Source: Desulfobacterales bacterium (lineage in GTDB: Bacteria; Desulfobacterota; Desulfobacteria; Desulfobacterales; Desulfosalsimonadaceae). From it: DNA of 64,000 nucleotides. Both the position numbers and the translations under genes were made by a program. The stretch covers positions 68 through 64,067 of the forward strand of contig JBKHJS010000001.1 in NCBI GenBank assembly GCA_046537995.1, read 5' to 3'. Of this stretch, positions 43,215 to 52,774 are shown in pieces (the stretch's first letter is position 1; each line of letters opens with the position of its first letter). Below the pieces are notes generated by a model. The model had not been told where the DNA came from, made no database searches, and saw only the letters and a program-made list of their open reading frames with translations.

Positions 43215-43259
43215 AAGCAGGGGTTTTATATTACCGTGGATTTGTGACGGGGTGAGGCG

Positions 43260-44207
43260 ATGAACTTCATTTCCAGGGTGCTGTCTGGCTACCGGTCCGT
43301 ACAGGCCCGGCTCAAGGGGTTTCCCCCGAAAAAGGTGCTGGTGCTCGAGGGCGGGGGAATGCGCGGGATATTTCTGGTCGGGGTTTTGCAGGCATTCATG
43401 GACAGGGGGTATTTTCCCTGGCGAGCTGTTATCGGAACTTCTGCGGGCGCGCTTGTGGGGGCTGCATACGCGGCCCGCCAGATTTACCTGGCCCGGGATG
43501 CATTTTTTTCAGAGTTGCTCTCAGGCCGATTTATCCGCATGACCAACATTTTCCGGCCGGAAAAGCATGTCCTGAACCTGGACTGGATGGTGGATAATTT
43601 CATTGAACAGCAAGGCGCCCTGAATCTGCGGCGGCTGCGTACCACCGCGTGCCCCGTGATTATGGTCACAACGTGTTTTTACCAGCACGCACCCCTTCAG
43701 CCGATGTACCTCAATACCCACGATGATGAAATTTCCCTGGCGCTGAAGGCCTCGGCTGCAATTCCGTTTTTGTACCGCAATTTCGTGCCGTATAAAAACG
43801 AGATGCTTATGGACGGCAGCGTATGCGACCCGCTGCCTTATAAAAAAGCCCTGGAAATGGGGTTTTCAGAGCGCGACATCCTGATGGTGGCTACCCGTCC
43901 GCGGGGTTACCGGAAAGTGCGGGAGTCTTTCTGGGTCAAGCGGCTTTATGAATCCTATTACAAGGAGGATCAATACCAATACCTGCTTGCCGCCCTGGAT
44001 GAGCATTACAGCAGGTATAACCGGCTGCTCGACGAGCTGGAGCAGGATCACGATGAGATTGACGTAATTTATCCGCCCGCGGATTTCAGGGTAAACCGGC
44101 TGACCCGGGGAGAAGATAAAATCCTGGAAGGATTTGAACAGGGGGTCAATGCCGCCCGCGGCTATCTCTATCACCTCCGGGCTCCGGCATCCGTGCCGAA
44201 GCCCTGA
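43260..44207 (+). CDS. Patatin-like phospholipase
   Basis: LEGGGMRG oxyanion motif and GTSAG nucleophile elbow. 315 aa. Confidence 0.85.
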   Translation: MNFISRVLSGYRSVQARLKGFPPKKVLVLEGGGMRGIFLVGVLQAFMDRGYFPWRAVIGTSAGALVGAAYAARQIYLARDAFFSELLSGRFIRMTNIFRPEKHVLNLDWMVDNFIEQQGALNLRRLRTTACPVIMVTTCFYQHAPLQPMYLNTHDDEISLALKASAAIPFLYRNFVPYKNEMLMDGSVCDPLPYKKALEMGFSERDILMVATRPRGYRKVRESFWVKRLYESYYKEDQYQYLLAALDEHYSRYNRLLDELEQDHDEIDVIYPPADFRVNRLTRGEDKILEGFEQGVNAARGYLYHLRAPASVPKP

Positions 44208-44234
44208 TACAAACGATATTCAAAGAGGAAAAAA

Positions 44235-45476
44235 ATGGGACTGCTTCGCATGTTTGCCGGGAAATCCCCGGAAGTCCATGAAGAAAAAGGTGATGCATAC
44301 GCCCGGCAGGGAAATTTCGGCGATGCCCGGATTGAATTTGAAAAAGCGCTCCACAAGATCGAAACGCACTTTCCGGAAAAAACGCATCTGGTTGACCGCA
44401 TTACCGAGAAATTCAATTCCGCCGGCCAGTCCTTGGCAGCCGAGCATATGGAAAATGCACAGGCGCTGGCCAGGGCCGGTGAAGTGGACCAGGCTGAAGA
44501 GCTCTATGAACTGGCTCTGGGGCTGGCTATACACGAGAATACCCGCCGGAAAATCGAGCAGGAGCTGGCCCGCCTGACCAGCCCGCCGGCGCAGACCGAA
44601 GCCCCGGAGCCTTCCGGGTACGAATCCCGGGCGCCGGATTTTGCGCCGGAAGAAGAGATCGCTGCTGCGGAGGCCGACGACGAAGAGATGTTCTCGGTGC
44701 TTTGCAACGCCCTTCCCCGGCAAGTGGCAGAAGCATACCAAAGCTACGGGGATTCGTTTGCGCGCGGTTATGCGGCGTTAAACCGGGGCGATTTCCAACG
44801 GGCAGTAAGTGAGCTGACCCGGGCCATGGCGGAAAACCAGGGACAAACCACACTGATTCCCCTGGAGCTGGCAACAGCATACCTGCATACAGAGGAGCAT
44901 GCCAGGGGGCGGGAACTGCTGGAGTCTTACATTGAAGAAAATCCCTCGGAAATCCGGGCTTATCAACTTCTTTGCGAAATCTACTGGGAAGCCGGCGAAG
45001 TGTCCCGGGCCGGCGATTTGCTGGCATCCGCGCCCGAAGAGATCCGCCATAGCCCGTCCATGCTGATGCTGATCGGGGAAACCCGGTTCCAGGCAGGGGA
45101 TCTGCAGGGAGCAGACAAAGCCTTCAAGGAGTACGCGGACACTCACGGCAGCGATGAAATCGTCATTCGGGCGCTGGCCAAAACCGCCGAGGCCGCCGGC
45201 CGGATCGATCATGCGCGGGACTTGTATGCGCAACTCATGAACCAGTGCACTGCGTGCAATAAAGTGATCGATCCGTTTGTCAAGCGGCGTTTTGCCGAGT
45301 TGAGCTACGAAAGCGGGGAGAGCTCCGGTAAACTGCTGGATCTTTTTTTCTCGCTGGTTCGCGAGGATCCGGATCACCGCGGGGTTTATTACCAATACAT
45401 CGGCCGGATTTATGAAAAGCAGGGCGAGAACCGGGAAGCCAGGCGCTACCTGGGCCTTTCCGGCCAGCCAGGGTAG
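44235..45476 (+). CDS. Tetratricopeptide-repeat protein
   Basis: Repeated A/L/Y-rich helical pairs (e.g. GDAYARQGNFGDARIEFEKAL, AGEVDQAEELYELALGL, GRIYEKQGENREARRYL). 413 aa. Confidence 0.7.
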   Translation: MGLLRMFAGKSPEVHEEKGDAYARQGNFGDARIEFEKALHKIETHFPEKTHLVDRITEKFNSAGQSLAAEHMENAQALARAGEVDQAEELYELALGLAIHENTRRKIEQELARLTSPPAQTEAPEPSGYESRAPDFAPEEEIAAAEADDEEMFSVLCNALPRQVAEAYQSYGDSFARGYAALNRGDFQRAVSELTRAMAENQGQTTLIPLELATAYLHTEEHARGRELLESYIEENPSEIRAYQLLCEIYWEAGEVSRAGDLLASAPEEIRHSPSMLMLIGETRFQAGDLQGADKAFKEYADTHGSDEIVIRALAKTAEAAGRIDHARDLYAQLMNQCTACNKVIDPFVKRRFAELSYESGESSGKLLDLFFSLVREDPDHRGVYYQYIGRIYEKQGENREARRYLGLSGQPG

Positions 45477-45478
45477 GG

Positions 45479-46159
45479 TTGTGCATGCACCGCGATCGTT
45501 TCCCGGCCCCAAAAGGTGGCTTTTATCAGTCCCTGGTTTCGGCAAATCAGCTCGAAAATACCCTGGGCTGCGGCACTCTGCTTTTTTTCCCGGGCATGCT
45601 TTTTGAAAGCCGGCAGAAGTGGTGGGGCCGGGGCGGGATGCGGGACCAGTCCCACGAAGGCGTAGATATTTGCTTTTTTGCCGATTCCCGCGGCAACTGC
45701 TTTCGCCTGGATGAAACCACCCGGGTCCCTGCGGCATTTGACGGGGAGGCGGCCGGGATAATTCCGGATTTTCTGGGAAGCACGGTGATCCTGGCACATC
45801 AGCCCGATGATCTCGAGCCGTCCTTTTTTGCCCTGTATGCGCACCTCCGGCCGGACGCAGGTCTTTGCAAGGGACGGCATCTGTCGGCGGGCCAGACGTT
45901 TGCCGCAATTGCACCCCCGCATGCAAACAAGGCGCTGCCCCCGCACCTGCATTTGAGCATGATGGATGCCCACAGCATTCCTCCGCTGGAATCCCTGGAT
46001 TGGCCCCTGTTAAACGGCCTGGATCGCAACCGGTTCATGGATCCCCTGGAGATTATTGAGGGGGACTGGCAGATGATGGATTTTACCCCCGGCATGAACC
46101 TTTACGAGGTATTTGCGCCAGCCGGCGCGCGGACCAGGGATACATCTCCGGGCCGCTGA
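45479..46159 (+). CDS. M23/LytM-family metallopeptidase-like protein
   Basis: HEGVD (HxxxD) and PHLHLS (HxH) motifs in the expected order. TTG start, with an alternative ATG at 45485. Confidence 0.6.
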   Translation: MCMHRDRFPAPKGGFYQSLVSANQLENTLGCGTLLFFPGMLFESRQKWWGRGGMRDQSHEGVDICFFADSRGNCFRLDETTRVPAAFDGEAAGIIPDFLGSTVILAHQPDDLEPSFFALYAHLRPDAGLCKGRHLSAGQTFAAIAPPHANKALPPHLHLSMMDAHSIPPLESLDWPLLNGLDRNRFMDPLEIIEGDWQMMDFTPGMNLYEVFAPAGARTRDTSPGR

Positions 46160-46194
46160 GTCCGGACAGCTTTCTTCGGTATCGAAATTGAAAT

Positions 46195-46221
46195 CGGTAT
46201 CGGTATCGGTATCGGTATCGG
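46195..46221. repeat. Hexanucleotide microsatellite (CGGTAT)x4 plus CGG
   Basis: Read directly. An isolated CGGTATCG unit lies at 46177-46184, and an inverted GATACC at 46226-46231. Confidence 0.85.
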
Positions 46222-46346
46222 GCTTGATACCCATCCCGGGGAAATCGGCATTGAAACGCCTTGAATTTGTATCAAAGCTTTGCTATTTGTACTAGATTTC
46301 GAGTATCCTTTGATATTTCGCTTTTCTTTTCACAGCAGGAGGATCA

Positions 46347-47384
46347 ATGATCAGAGCGGCCGTGGCAGGCGCAACCGGGTATGCCGGTGCCGAGTTGGTG
46401 CGGATTCTGGCCGGACACCCGGAGGTGGTATTAACCGTGCTGACCTCGCGGCAGTATGCAGGCGTGCCTTTTGACAGCATATATCCGGCCATGTCCGGGG
46501 TGATTACCCGGCAACTGGAAACCTTTGATCCGGACTCGGTCTGCGAGCGCGCGGATATCGTATTTACCGCACTGCCCCACAAGCTGTCCATGGAGATCAT
46601 TCCCGGGATCATCGAACGAAACCGAAAGGTTGTGGATCTTTCCGCGGATTTCCGATTCAGAGATCCGGCGCTGTATGAAGCCACATACCAGGCTCATTTA
46701 GCCAGGCAGTTGCTGGCCGAATCGGTCTACGGCCTCTGCGAGGTTTTTGCAGATGAAATCAGCCGTGCCCGGCTGGTGGGCAACCCGGGGTGTTACCCCA
46801 CCAGCGTCCTGCTTCCCCTGGTGCCGCTGCTGGAAGCCGGGCTGATCGATCCCGCCACGATTATTGCGGATGCCAAGTCCGGGGTCAGCGGCGCGGGACG
46901 GGCGCCGGGGCTGACTACCCATTTCTGCGAGGTCACGGAATCCTTCAAGGCATACAAAGTGGCGGCCCACCGGCACCAGCCTGAAATGGAGGAGAATTTA
47001 AGCCGGGTTGCCGGAAAGCCTGTTAACATCAGTTTTGTGCCGCACCTGGTGCCCATGAGCCGGGGCATGCAGACCACGATCTATTCATCTTTGGTCGGGG
47101 ATGCCGATGAAGAGGAAATCCGGAACTGTCTGATGCAGTATTACGAGGGGTGCCGGTTTATCCGGCTGACAAAAAACGGGCATATACCTGATACCCAAGA
47201 CGTTCGGGGCACCAATTACTGTGATATCGGTTTTGTCATTGATGACGACAACCGCAGGCTGGTCCTGATGTCGGTCATCGACAACCTGGTCAAAGGAGCT
47301 TCAGGCCAGGCGGTGCAGAACATGAACCTCATGTGGGGCCTGGCTGAAACCGTGGGATTAACAGGCCTTCCCTTTCCGGTATAG
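46347..47384 (+). CDS. argC: N-acetyl-gamma-glutamyl-phosphate reductase
   Basis: VAGATGYAGAEL N-terminus, catalytic-Cys context GNPGCYPTS. 345 aa. Confidence 0.95.
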   Translation: MIRAAVAGATGYAGAELVRILAGHPEVVLTVLTSRQYAGVPFDSIYPAMSGVITRQLETFDPDSVCERADIVFTALPHKLSMEIIPGIIERNRKVVDLSADFRFRDPALYEATYQAHLARQLLAESVYGLCEVFADEISRARLVGNPGCYPTSVLLPLVPLLEAGLIDPATIIADAKSGVSGAGRAPGLTTHFCEVTESFKAYKVAAHRHQPEMEENLSRVAGKPVNISFVPHLVPMSRGMQTTIYSSLVGDADEEEIRNCLMQYYEGCRFIRLTKNGHIPDTQDVRGTNYCDIGFVIDDDNRRLVLMSVIDNLVKGASGQAVQNMNLMWGLAETVGLTGLPFPV

Positions 47385-47421
47385 GCCTTTTTTGCCGCAA
47401 TTATACAACCGGAGAAGCATT

Positions 47422-47853
47422 ATGAAAATTCCCCAGATTTCCGTTTTCATGGAAAACCGCTCCGGCCGGCTGGCCCGGATTACCACCGCCCTGGGCAATG
47501 CCGGGGTCAATATCCGTGCCATGTCCCTGGCCGACACTTCGGATTTCGGAATTCTGCGCCTGATTGTCTCGGATATGGAAAAGGCCGCATCCGTGTTAAA
47601 GGAGCACGGTTTTCTGGTGCGCACCGCCGAGGTGGTGGCCGTGGCCATTCCCGATGTTCCGGGCGCTTTGGGCAACCTGCTGACCATCATGGAGCACGCG
47701 GACTTAAACGTGGAATACATGTACGCATTTGTGGAAAAATCCCGCGATCATGCCATCCTGATTTTTCGGTTCGATGACCTGGACAAGGCCATTGACATGA
47801 TGCTGGAAAACGATATCAACGTGTTGGAGGCCCGGAAGGTGCTTAGCATGTAA
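47422..47853 (+). CDS. ACT-domain (amino-acid-binding) protein, tandem ACT
   Basis: ISVFMENRSGRLARITTALGNAGVNIRAMSLADTSDFGILRLIV. The start is re-called to ATG 47422. Confidence 0.75.
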   Translation: MKIPQISVFMENRSGRLARITTALGNAGVNIRAMSLADTSDFGILRLIVSDMEKAASVLKEHGFLVRTAEVVAVAIPDVPGALGNLLTIMEHADLNVEYMYAFVEKSRDHAILIFRFDDLDKAIDMMLENDINVLEARKVLSM

Positions 47854-47926
47854 CCGGGTGCAAAGATCAGGGCCGGCCTGAGGCGGGCCCCAAAACCGGT
47901 AACCATTCACAAGAGGGGGGTAGACA

Positions 47927-49078
47927 GTGAAAATCAGGCTTTTATCCGCAGTGATTGCAGCTGCACTTATGATTTCATTGGCAGGTCTGGTCCATGCCGA
48001 ACAAAAGGAACCGTATCATGTCGGGTGCGTTTTTGCCATCACCGGCGGCGCCTCTTGGCTCGGCGAACCCGAGCGAAACACCGCGGAAATGATCGCCGAG
48101 CAGATCAACGAGGCCGGCGGCATTGACGGCCACGAACTGGTGCTGCACATCGAGGACACCCAGGGAAGCAACACCCGCGCGGTTAACGCCATCAAGAAGC
48201 TGATCAAGAAGGAAAACGTGTGCGCCATTATCGGCCCTTCGCGCAGCGGCACCAGCCTTGCCGCAATCCCCGTAGTGCAGCAGGCCGAAGTGCCCATGCT
48301 GTCTTGTGCGGCTGCTGCGAGCATTACCAACCCGCCGGAAAAGCGGAAGTGGGTTTTCAAGATGGGACAGAACGACAGCGATGCCGCGCGCCGCATTTAC
48401 GAGCACATGAACCAAAACGGCATTGAAAAAGTGGGGACCCTTACCGGCACCACGGGATTCGGGGATGCGGGCCGCACCCAGCTGAAAACGCTCAACGATG
48501 AATACGGCATCGAGATTGTCGCGGATGAAACCTATGCGCCCGGGGATACGGACATGACCGCGCAGTTGATCCGGATCCGCAACTCCGGGGCCCAGGCGGT
48601 GATCAACTGGTCCATCGTGCCCGCCCAGTCTATTGTGCCCAAGAACATGGACCAGCTCAAGATGGACATTCCCCTGTACCAGAGCCATGGTTTTGCCAAT
48701 ATCAAGTATGCCGAGGCAGCGGGCAAGGCGGCCGAAGGCTCCATTTTTCCCGCGGGCCGGATCATGGGGGCAAAGACCGTGCCTGAAGATCATCCCCAGA
48801 AAGAAGTCCTGATGTCCTACAAAGAGGCTTATGAATCCAGATTCGATGAGCAGGTCACCACGTTTGGCGGCCATGCCTACGATGCCATGCACATTATTGC
48901 CAGGGCCCTGGAAAAAGTGGGCGATAATCCCGAAAAAATCCGGGATGCCATTGAAGACATGGAATTTGTGGGAATCGGCGGCGTGTTCAAGTTTTCCGAA
49001 AATGATCACTGCGGCCTGGACAAGACCGCTTTTGAAATGATGACCGTCAAAGACGGCAGGTTCGAGGTGCTGGACTAG
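47927..49078 (+). CDS. ABC transporter substrate-binding protein, branched-chain/hydrophobic amino-acid (Leu/Ile/Val-binding) family
   Basis: Signal peptide, then a type-I periplasmic binding fold. It heads a livHMGF-like cluster. GTG start. Confidence 0.85.
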   Translation: MKIRLLSAVIAAALMISLAGLVHAEQKEPYHVGCVFAITGGASWLGEPERNTAEMIAEQINEAGGIDGHELVLHIEDTQGSNTRAVNAIKKLIKKENVCAIIGPSRSGTSLAAIPVVQQAEVPMLSCAAAASITNPPEKRKWVFKMGQNDSDAARRIYEHMNQNGIEKVGTLTGTTGFGDAGRTQLKTLNDEYGIEIVADETYAPGDTDMTAQLIRIRNSGAQAVINWSIVPAQSIVPKNMDQLKMDIPLYQSHGFANIKYAEAAGKAAEGSIFPAGRIMGAKTVPEDHPQKEVLMSYKEAYESRFDEQVTTFGGHAYDAMHIIARALEKVGDNPEKIRDAIEDMEFVGIGGVFKFSENDHCGLDKTAFEMMTVKDGRFEVLD

Positions 49079-49084
49079 CCGGCA

Positions 49085-49984
49085 ATGGAAATCGGCCTGA
49101 CAACAGATATGCTCCAATTCCTGTTTATGGGAATCCAGCGGGGTGCCATATATGCCATGGTGGCCATGGGATTTAACATGATTTACAATGCCACTGGCAT
49201 CATCAATTTTGCCCAGGGCGAGTTCGTGGTACTCGGGGGGCTGATGATGGTCACCATGACCATGGCGTTGAATCTTTCCCTGTTGTTTGCGTTTATGGTG
49301 GCCGTGGCATTTGTCACCGTGGTGGGCATTCTCATGGAGCGCCTGACCATTAACCCGGTCCGGCGGCCCACGGTGCTGCGCCTGATTATTATCACAATTG
49401 CGGTCTCCATTCTGATCAAAGGCGCGGCCATGTGTTTCTGGGGAAAGGGTTCGCACCACATGCGGCATTTCACAGATGCCCCGCCCGTGGAGATCATGGG
49501 GGCCTATATAATGCCCCAGACTCTGTGGATTATCGGTATGCTGGCTTTGGTGGTCATAGGCTACGTGCTGTTTTTTAATTACACCATGACCGGGAAATGC
49601 ATGCGGGCCTGTGCCATCAACAGGGATGCTGCCCGGCTGGCCGGCATCAACGACCGCCGGATGGTGATGCTTTCCTTTGCGCTGTCTGCGGCCATTGGCG
49701 CTATTGCCGGCATTATCATCACCCCGATTATTCAGATGGATTATGCCCGGGGCGCGCTGCTGGGGTTAAAGGGATTTGGTGCGGCCGTGGTGGGCGGTCT
49801 GGGCAATTCCATGGGCGCGGTTGCCGCCGGTCTGCTGCTGGGTATTATCGAGGCCGGATCCGGCGGGTATATTTCCTCGCATTACATGGACGCCATCGCC
49901 CTGGTGATCATGCTGGCGGTTCTGTTTGTACGCCCCGGCGGGCTGTTTGGCAGCGCCGAGATGGTTCGGTTAAAAGAATTTTGA
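49085..49984 (+). CDS. livH: Branched-chain amino-acid ABC transporter permease
   Basis: LivH-type multi-TM protein (NFAQGEFVVLGG). 299 aa. Confidence 0.85.
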   Translation: MEIGLTTDMLQFLFMGIQRGAIYAMVAMGFNMIYNATGIINFAQGEFVVLGGLMMVTMTMALNLSLLFAFMVAVAFVTVVGILMERLTINPVRRPTVLRLIIITIAVSILIKGAAMCFWGKGSHHMRHFTDAPPVEIMGAYIMPQTLWIIGMLALVVIGYVLFFNYTMTGKCMRACAINRDAARLAGINDRRMVMLSFALSAAIGAIAGIIITPIIQMDYARGALLGLKGFGAAVVGGLGNSMGAVAAGLLLGIIEAGSGGYISSHYMDAIALVIMLAVLFVRPGGLFGSAEMVRLKEF

Positions 49985-49985
49985 T

Positions 49986-51002
49986 ATGGCTGTAAAAGAC
50001 ATCATCGGGTTTTGCATCCTCATCGCCCTGGTGCTGGTAATGCCGCATGCGGTGGGCAACGATTATTATATCGGCGTGCTGATATTTGCGGCATTCAACT
50101 GCCTGGCCTGCATCGGGCTGTCTTTGCTCATGGGATATGCCGGCCAGATATCGCTGGGTCATGGGGCGTTTATCGCTATTGGTGCATATGCATCCGGACT
50201 GCTTACCACCGAACTGGGGTGGTCGCCCTGGACGGCCATGGCCGCCGGGGCTTTTGCAGCCATGGGGATTGCCTTTATCGTGGGCATTCCAACCCTGCGC
50301 TTAAAAGGCCATTACCTGGCCATGGCCACGCTGGGCTTTGCCTCGATCATTCATATCGTGGCCGTGGCCGCCACGGATCTGACCGGCGGACCGGCCGGAG
50401 TGCTTAATATTCCGGAGCTCAGCCTGTTCGGATACCCCCTGGATTCGGATACCCGGTATTATTACTTTGCCTGGGCAGCAGTGGTGATTGGCCTTTATCT
50501 GGCTTTCAACCTGATTCACTCCCGGGTGGGCCGGGGACTGCGGGCGATTCACGGAAGCGAGGACGCCGCAGGCGCAGCCGGGATCAATACGGCTGTTTAC
50601 AAGGTCCAGGTTTTTGTCGTCAGCGCGGTGTACGCCTCAATCAGCGGCAGCCTTTATGCTTATTACGTCAATTATATCGATCCCGGCCCTTTTGATGTCA
50701 TGCACTCTGTGCTGCTGGTGACCATGGTGGCCGTGGGCGGGCTGCATCATGTCTGGGGCGCGGTGGTGGGTGCGGTGCTGCTTTCACTGCTGCCGGAAAT
50801 GCTTTCCTTTACAGCGGCCTATCTAAAGGTTATCGGTATTTACTATCGGCCGGACTATGATATTCTGGTATACGGCGGCATATTGCTGGTGATCATGCTG
50901 TTTTTGCCTGAAGGGTTGTTTGCCGGCATGATCGCAGGCGGCAGATCTGTCTGGAACCTGCTGAAACGGGTGATCCGGGGGAAGCTGATTGTCCGGGAAT
51001 AA
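49986..51002 (+). CDS. livM: Branched-chain amino-acid ABC transporter permease
   Basis: LivM-type multi-TM protein (GYAGQISLGHGAF). 338 aa. Confidence 0.85.
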   Translation: MAVKDIIGFCILIALVLVMPHAVGNDYYIGVLIFAAFNCLACIGLSLLMGYAGQISLGHGAFIAIGAYASGLLTTELGWSPWTAMAAGAFAAMGIAFIVGIPTLRLKGHYLAMATLGFASIIHIVAVAATDLTGGPAGVLNIPELSLFGYPLDSDTRYYYFAWAAVVIGLYLAFNLIHSRVGRGLRAIHGSEDAAGAAGINTAVYKVQVFVVSAVYASISGSLYAYYVNYIDPGPFDVMHSVLLVTMVAVGGLHHVWGAVVGAVLLSLLPEMLSFTAAYLKVIGIYYRPDYDILVYGGILLVIMLFLPEGLFAGMIAGGRSVWNLLKRVIRGKLIVRE

Positions 51003-51756
51003 TGCCATATTAAAGCTCGACAGGCTGCGAAAGGTTTTCGGCGGTGTGGTGGCCCTGGATGATCTTTCTTTTTCTGTGGGGGAAAACACCATCACCTCTG
51101 TGATCGGTCCCAACGGCGCGGGCAAAACCACGGTATTCAACCTGGTCTCCGGGTACCAGGCGCCCAGCTCGGGTGCCATGATTTATAAAAATACCCGGCT
51201 GCAGGGGACAAAGCCCCATAAGATCGCATTGCTGGGAATCGGCCGCACCTTTCAGAACGTCCGGATATTTCCGAATATGACCGTTCTGGAAAACGTCATG
51301 GTCGGCCGACATGCGCGCTCTGGGGCCGGGGTCACGGTGTCGGCGCTTCTGCCGGCTTTTTTGCGGCCCGAGGAAAAGCGTATCCAGGCCGATGCCAAAA
51401 GCTGGCTGGATTTTGTGGGGCTGGCCGATGCCGCGGACATGCCGGCAGGCTCGCTTCCCCTGGGCAGGCAGCGGATGCTGGAAATCGCCCGCGCCCTGGC
51501 AATAGAACCGGATCTGCTCCTGCTCGATGAACCGGCCTCCGGTTTGAACAGCCGGGAAACCATTGCCATGGGAGATCTGATACACCGGATCCACGAAAGT
51601 CAGATCACGGTGATGCTCGTGGAGCATGACATGGAACTGGTCATGGAAGTCTCAGACCGGGTGGCGGTGATGAATTTCGGCCGCCTGGTGGCAGAAGGCA
51701 CACCCCGCGAGATCCAGGAAGACCCGGAGGTGATCGCGGCCTACCTTGGGGAATGA
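50989..51756 (+). CDS. livG: Branched-chain amino-acid ABC transporter ATP-binding protein
   Basis: Walker A GPNGAGKTT, signature region LPLGRQRMLEIARAL, Walker B LLLLDEP. TTG start. Confidence 0.85.
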   Translation: MSGNNAILKLDRLRKVFGGVVALDDLSFSVGENTITSVIGPNGAGKTTVFNLVSGYQAPSSGAMIYKNTRLQGTKPHKIALLGIGRTFQNVRIFPNMTVLENVMVGRHARSGAGVTVSALLPAFLRPEEKRIQADAKSWLDFVGLADAADMPAGSLPLGRQRMLEIARALAIEPDLLLLDEPASGLNSRETIAMGDLIHRIHESQITVMLVEHDMELVMEVSDRVAVMNFGRLVAEGTPREIQEDPEVIAAYLGE

Positions 51757-51917
51757 TTTGAAATCCGAAAGTCGAATATCGAAATCCGAAACAAATTCGA
51801 AATCTATAATGACCAAATGACGAAAACAGCGTTCGGCCGGGTTCCCTGTTTTTATCATTAAAACATTCATCTTTCTGTCATTGCTTCGAATTTCGGATTT
51901 CGTGCTTCGGATTTACC
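51757..51917 (+). repeat. MITE-like inverted-repeat element, copy D (occupies much of the livG-livF spacer)
   Basis: Begins directly after the livG stop. Left end TTTGAAATCCGAAAGTCGAATATCGAAATCCGAAACAAATTCGAAAT. Right end GCTTCGAATTTCGGATTTCGTGCTTCGGATTTACC. Confidence 0.8.
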
Positions 51918-52000
51918 AAATTTATTGGTGAAATAAGGCTGTTTGTTAAAAAAACGCACTGCGTTTGTGCCGAAACGAGAAGGGTTGAATCTCAGCAGCT

Positions 52001-52738
52001 ATGCTTCGTCTGGTCAATGTTAACAGTTATTATGGCCTTGTGCGCGTGCTGAAAAACGTTTCCATGCACGTGGGCGAAGGTGAGATCGTCACCCTTATCG
52101 GGGCCAACGGAGCTGGCAAGACCACCACCTTGCGCACGATCAGCGGGCTGCACCCGGTAAAAGAGGGCCGGATTTATTTTCAGGACCGCGATATTACCGG
52201 ATGGCCGGCCGAGCGGCTGGTGGAACTGGGTATTGCCCATGTGCCGGAAGGCCGGCAGATTTTCAGCCCCATGTCCGTACATGATAACCTTGAACTGGGC
52301 GGTCATATCGTATATAAACATTATGGCAAAAAACGCCTGAAATCGGAAATCGATCAAATGTTTGACCTGTTTCCGGTGCTCCGCCAGCGGCGCAGTCAGT
52401 ATGCCGGCACGTTATCCGGGGGTGAACAGCAGATGCTGGCCATTGCCATGGCCCTGATGTCCGGGCCGCGCATGCTGCTTTTGGATGAGCCGTCCATGGG
52501 CCTGGCGCCAATGATCATACGGGACATTTTTGCGCGCATCGCACGGCTGCAGCAGGAGCGGAAACTGACGGTGCTCTTGATCGAACAGAATGCAAAGGCA
52601 GCTTTAAACATTTCAGACCGGGGATACGTGATGGAAACCGGCCGCATACTGCTTGAGGAAGAAGCCGGGGCGCTGCTTGCCAACCCCGAGGTCAAGCGGG
52701 CTTACCTGGGCCGCGACCAGCGGGAAGTCTGGGAATAG
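52001..52738 (+). CDS. livF: Branched-chain amino-acid ABC transporter ATP-binding protein
   Basis: Walker A GANGAGKTT, signature LSGGEQQM, Walker B LLLLDEP. 245 aa. Confidence 0.85.
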   Translation: MLRLVNVNSYYGLVRVLKNVSMHVGEGEIVTLIGANGAGKTTTLRTISGLHPVKEGRIYFQDRDITGWPAERLVELGIAHVPEGRQIFSPMSVHDNLELGGHIVYKHYGKKRLKSEIDQMFDLFPVLRQRRSQYAGTLSGGEQQMLAIAMALMSGPRMLLLDEPSMGLAPMIIRDIFARIARLQQERKLTVLLIEQNAKAALNISDRGYVMETGRILLEEEAGALLANPEVKRAYLGRDQREVWE

Positions 52739-52774
52739 AAACCATCACCTGCTGTCAGATACGGGGGCAGAGCA

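Noticed and set aside
46010-46234. 74-aa minus-strand ORF containing DTDTDTDTD
   Set aside because: The repetitive peptide is simply the translation of the (CGGTAT)n microsatellite. The rest overlaps the 3' end of the M23-like gene in antisense.
46259-46277. Possible ArgR operator (ARG box) CCTTGAATTTGTATCAAAG upstream of argC
   Set aside because: Only the TGAAT half matches the TGAAT-N4-ATTCA type consensus. The second half (ATCAA) is poor, there is no second tandem box, and the palindrome is only 4 bp (TTGA/TCAA). This is too weak to call without comparative data.
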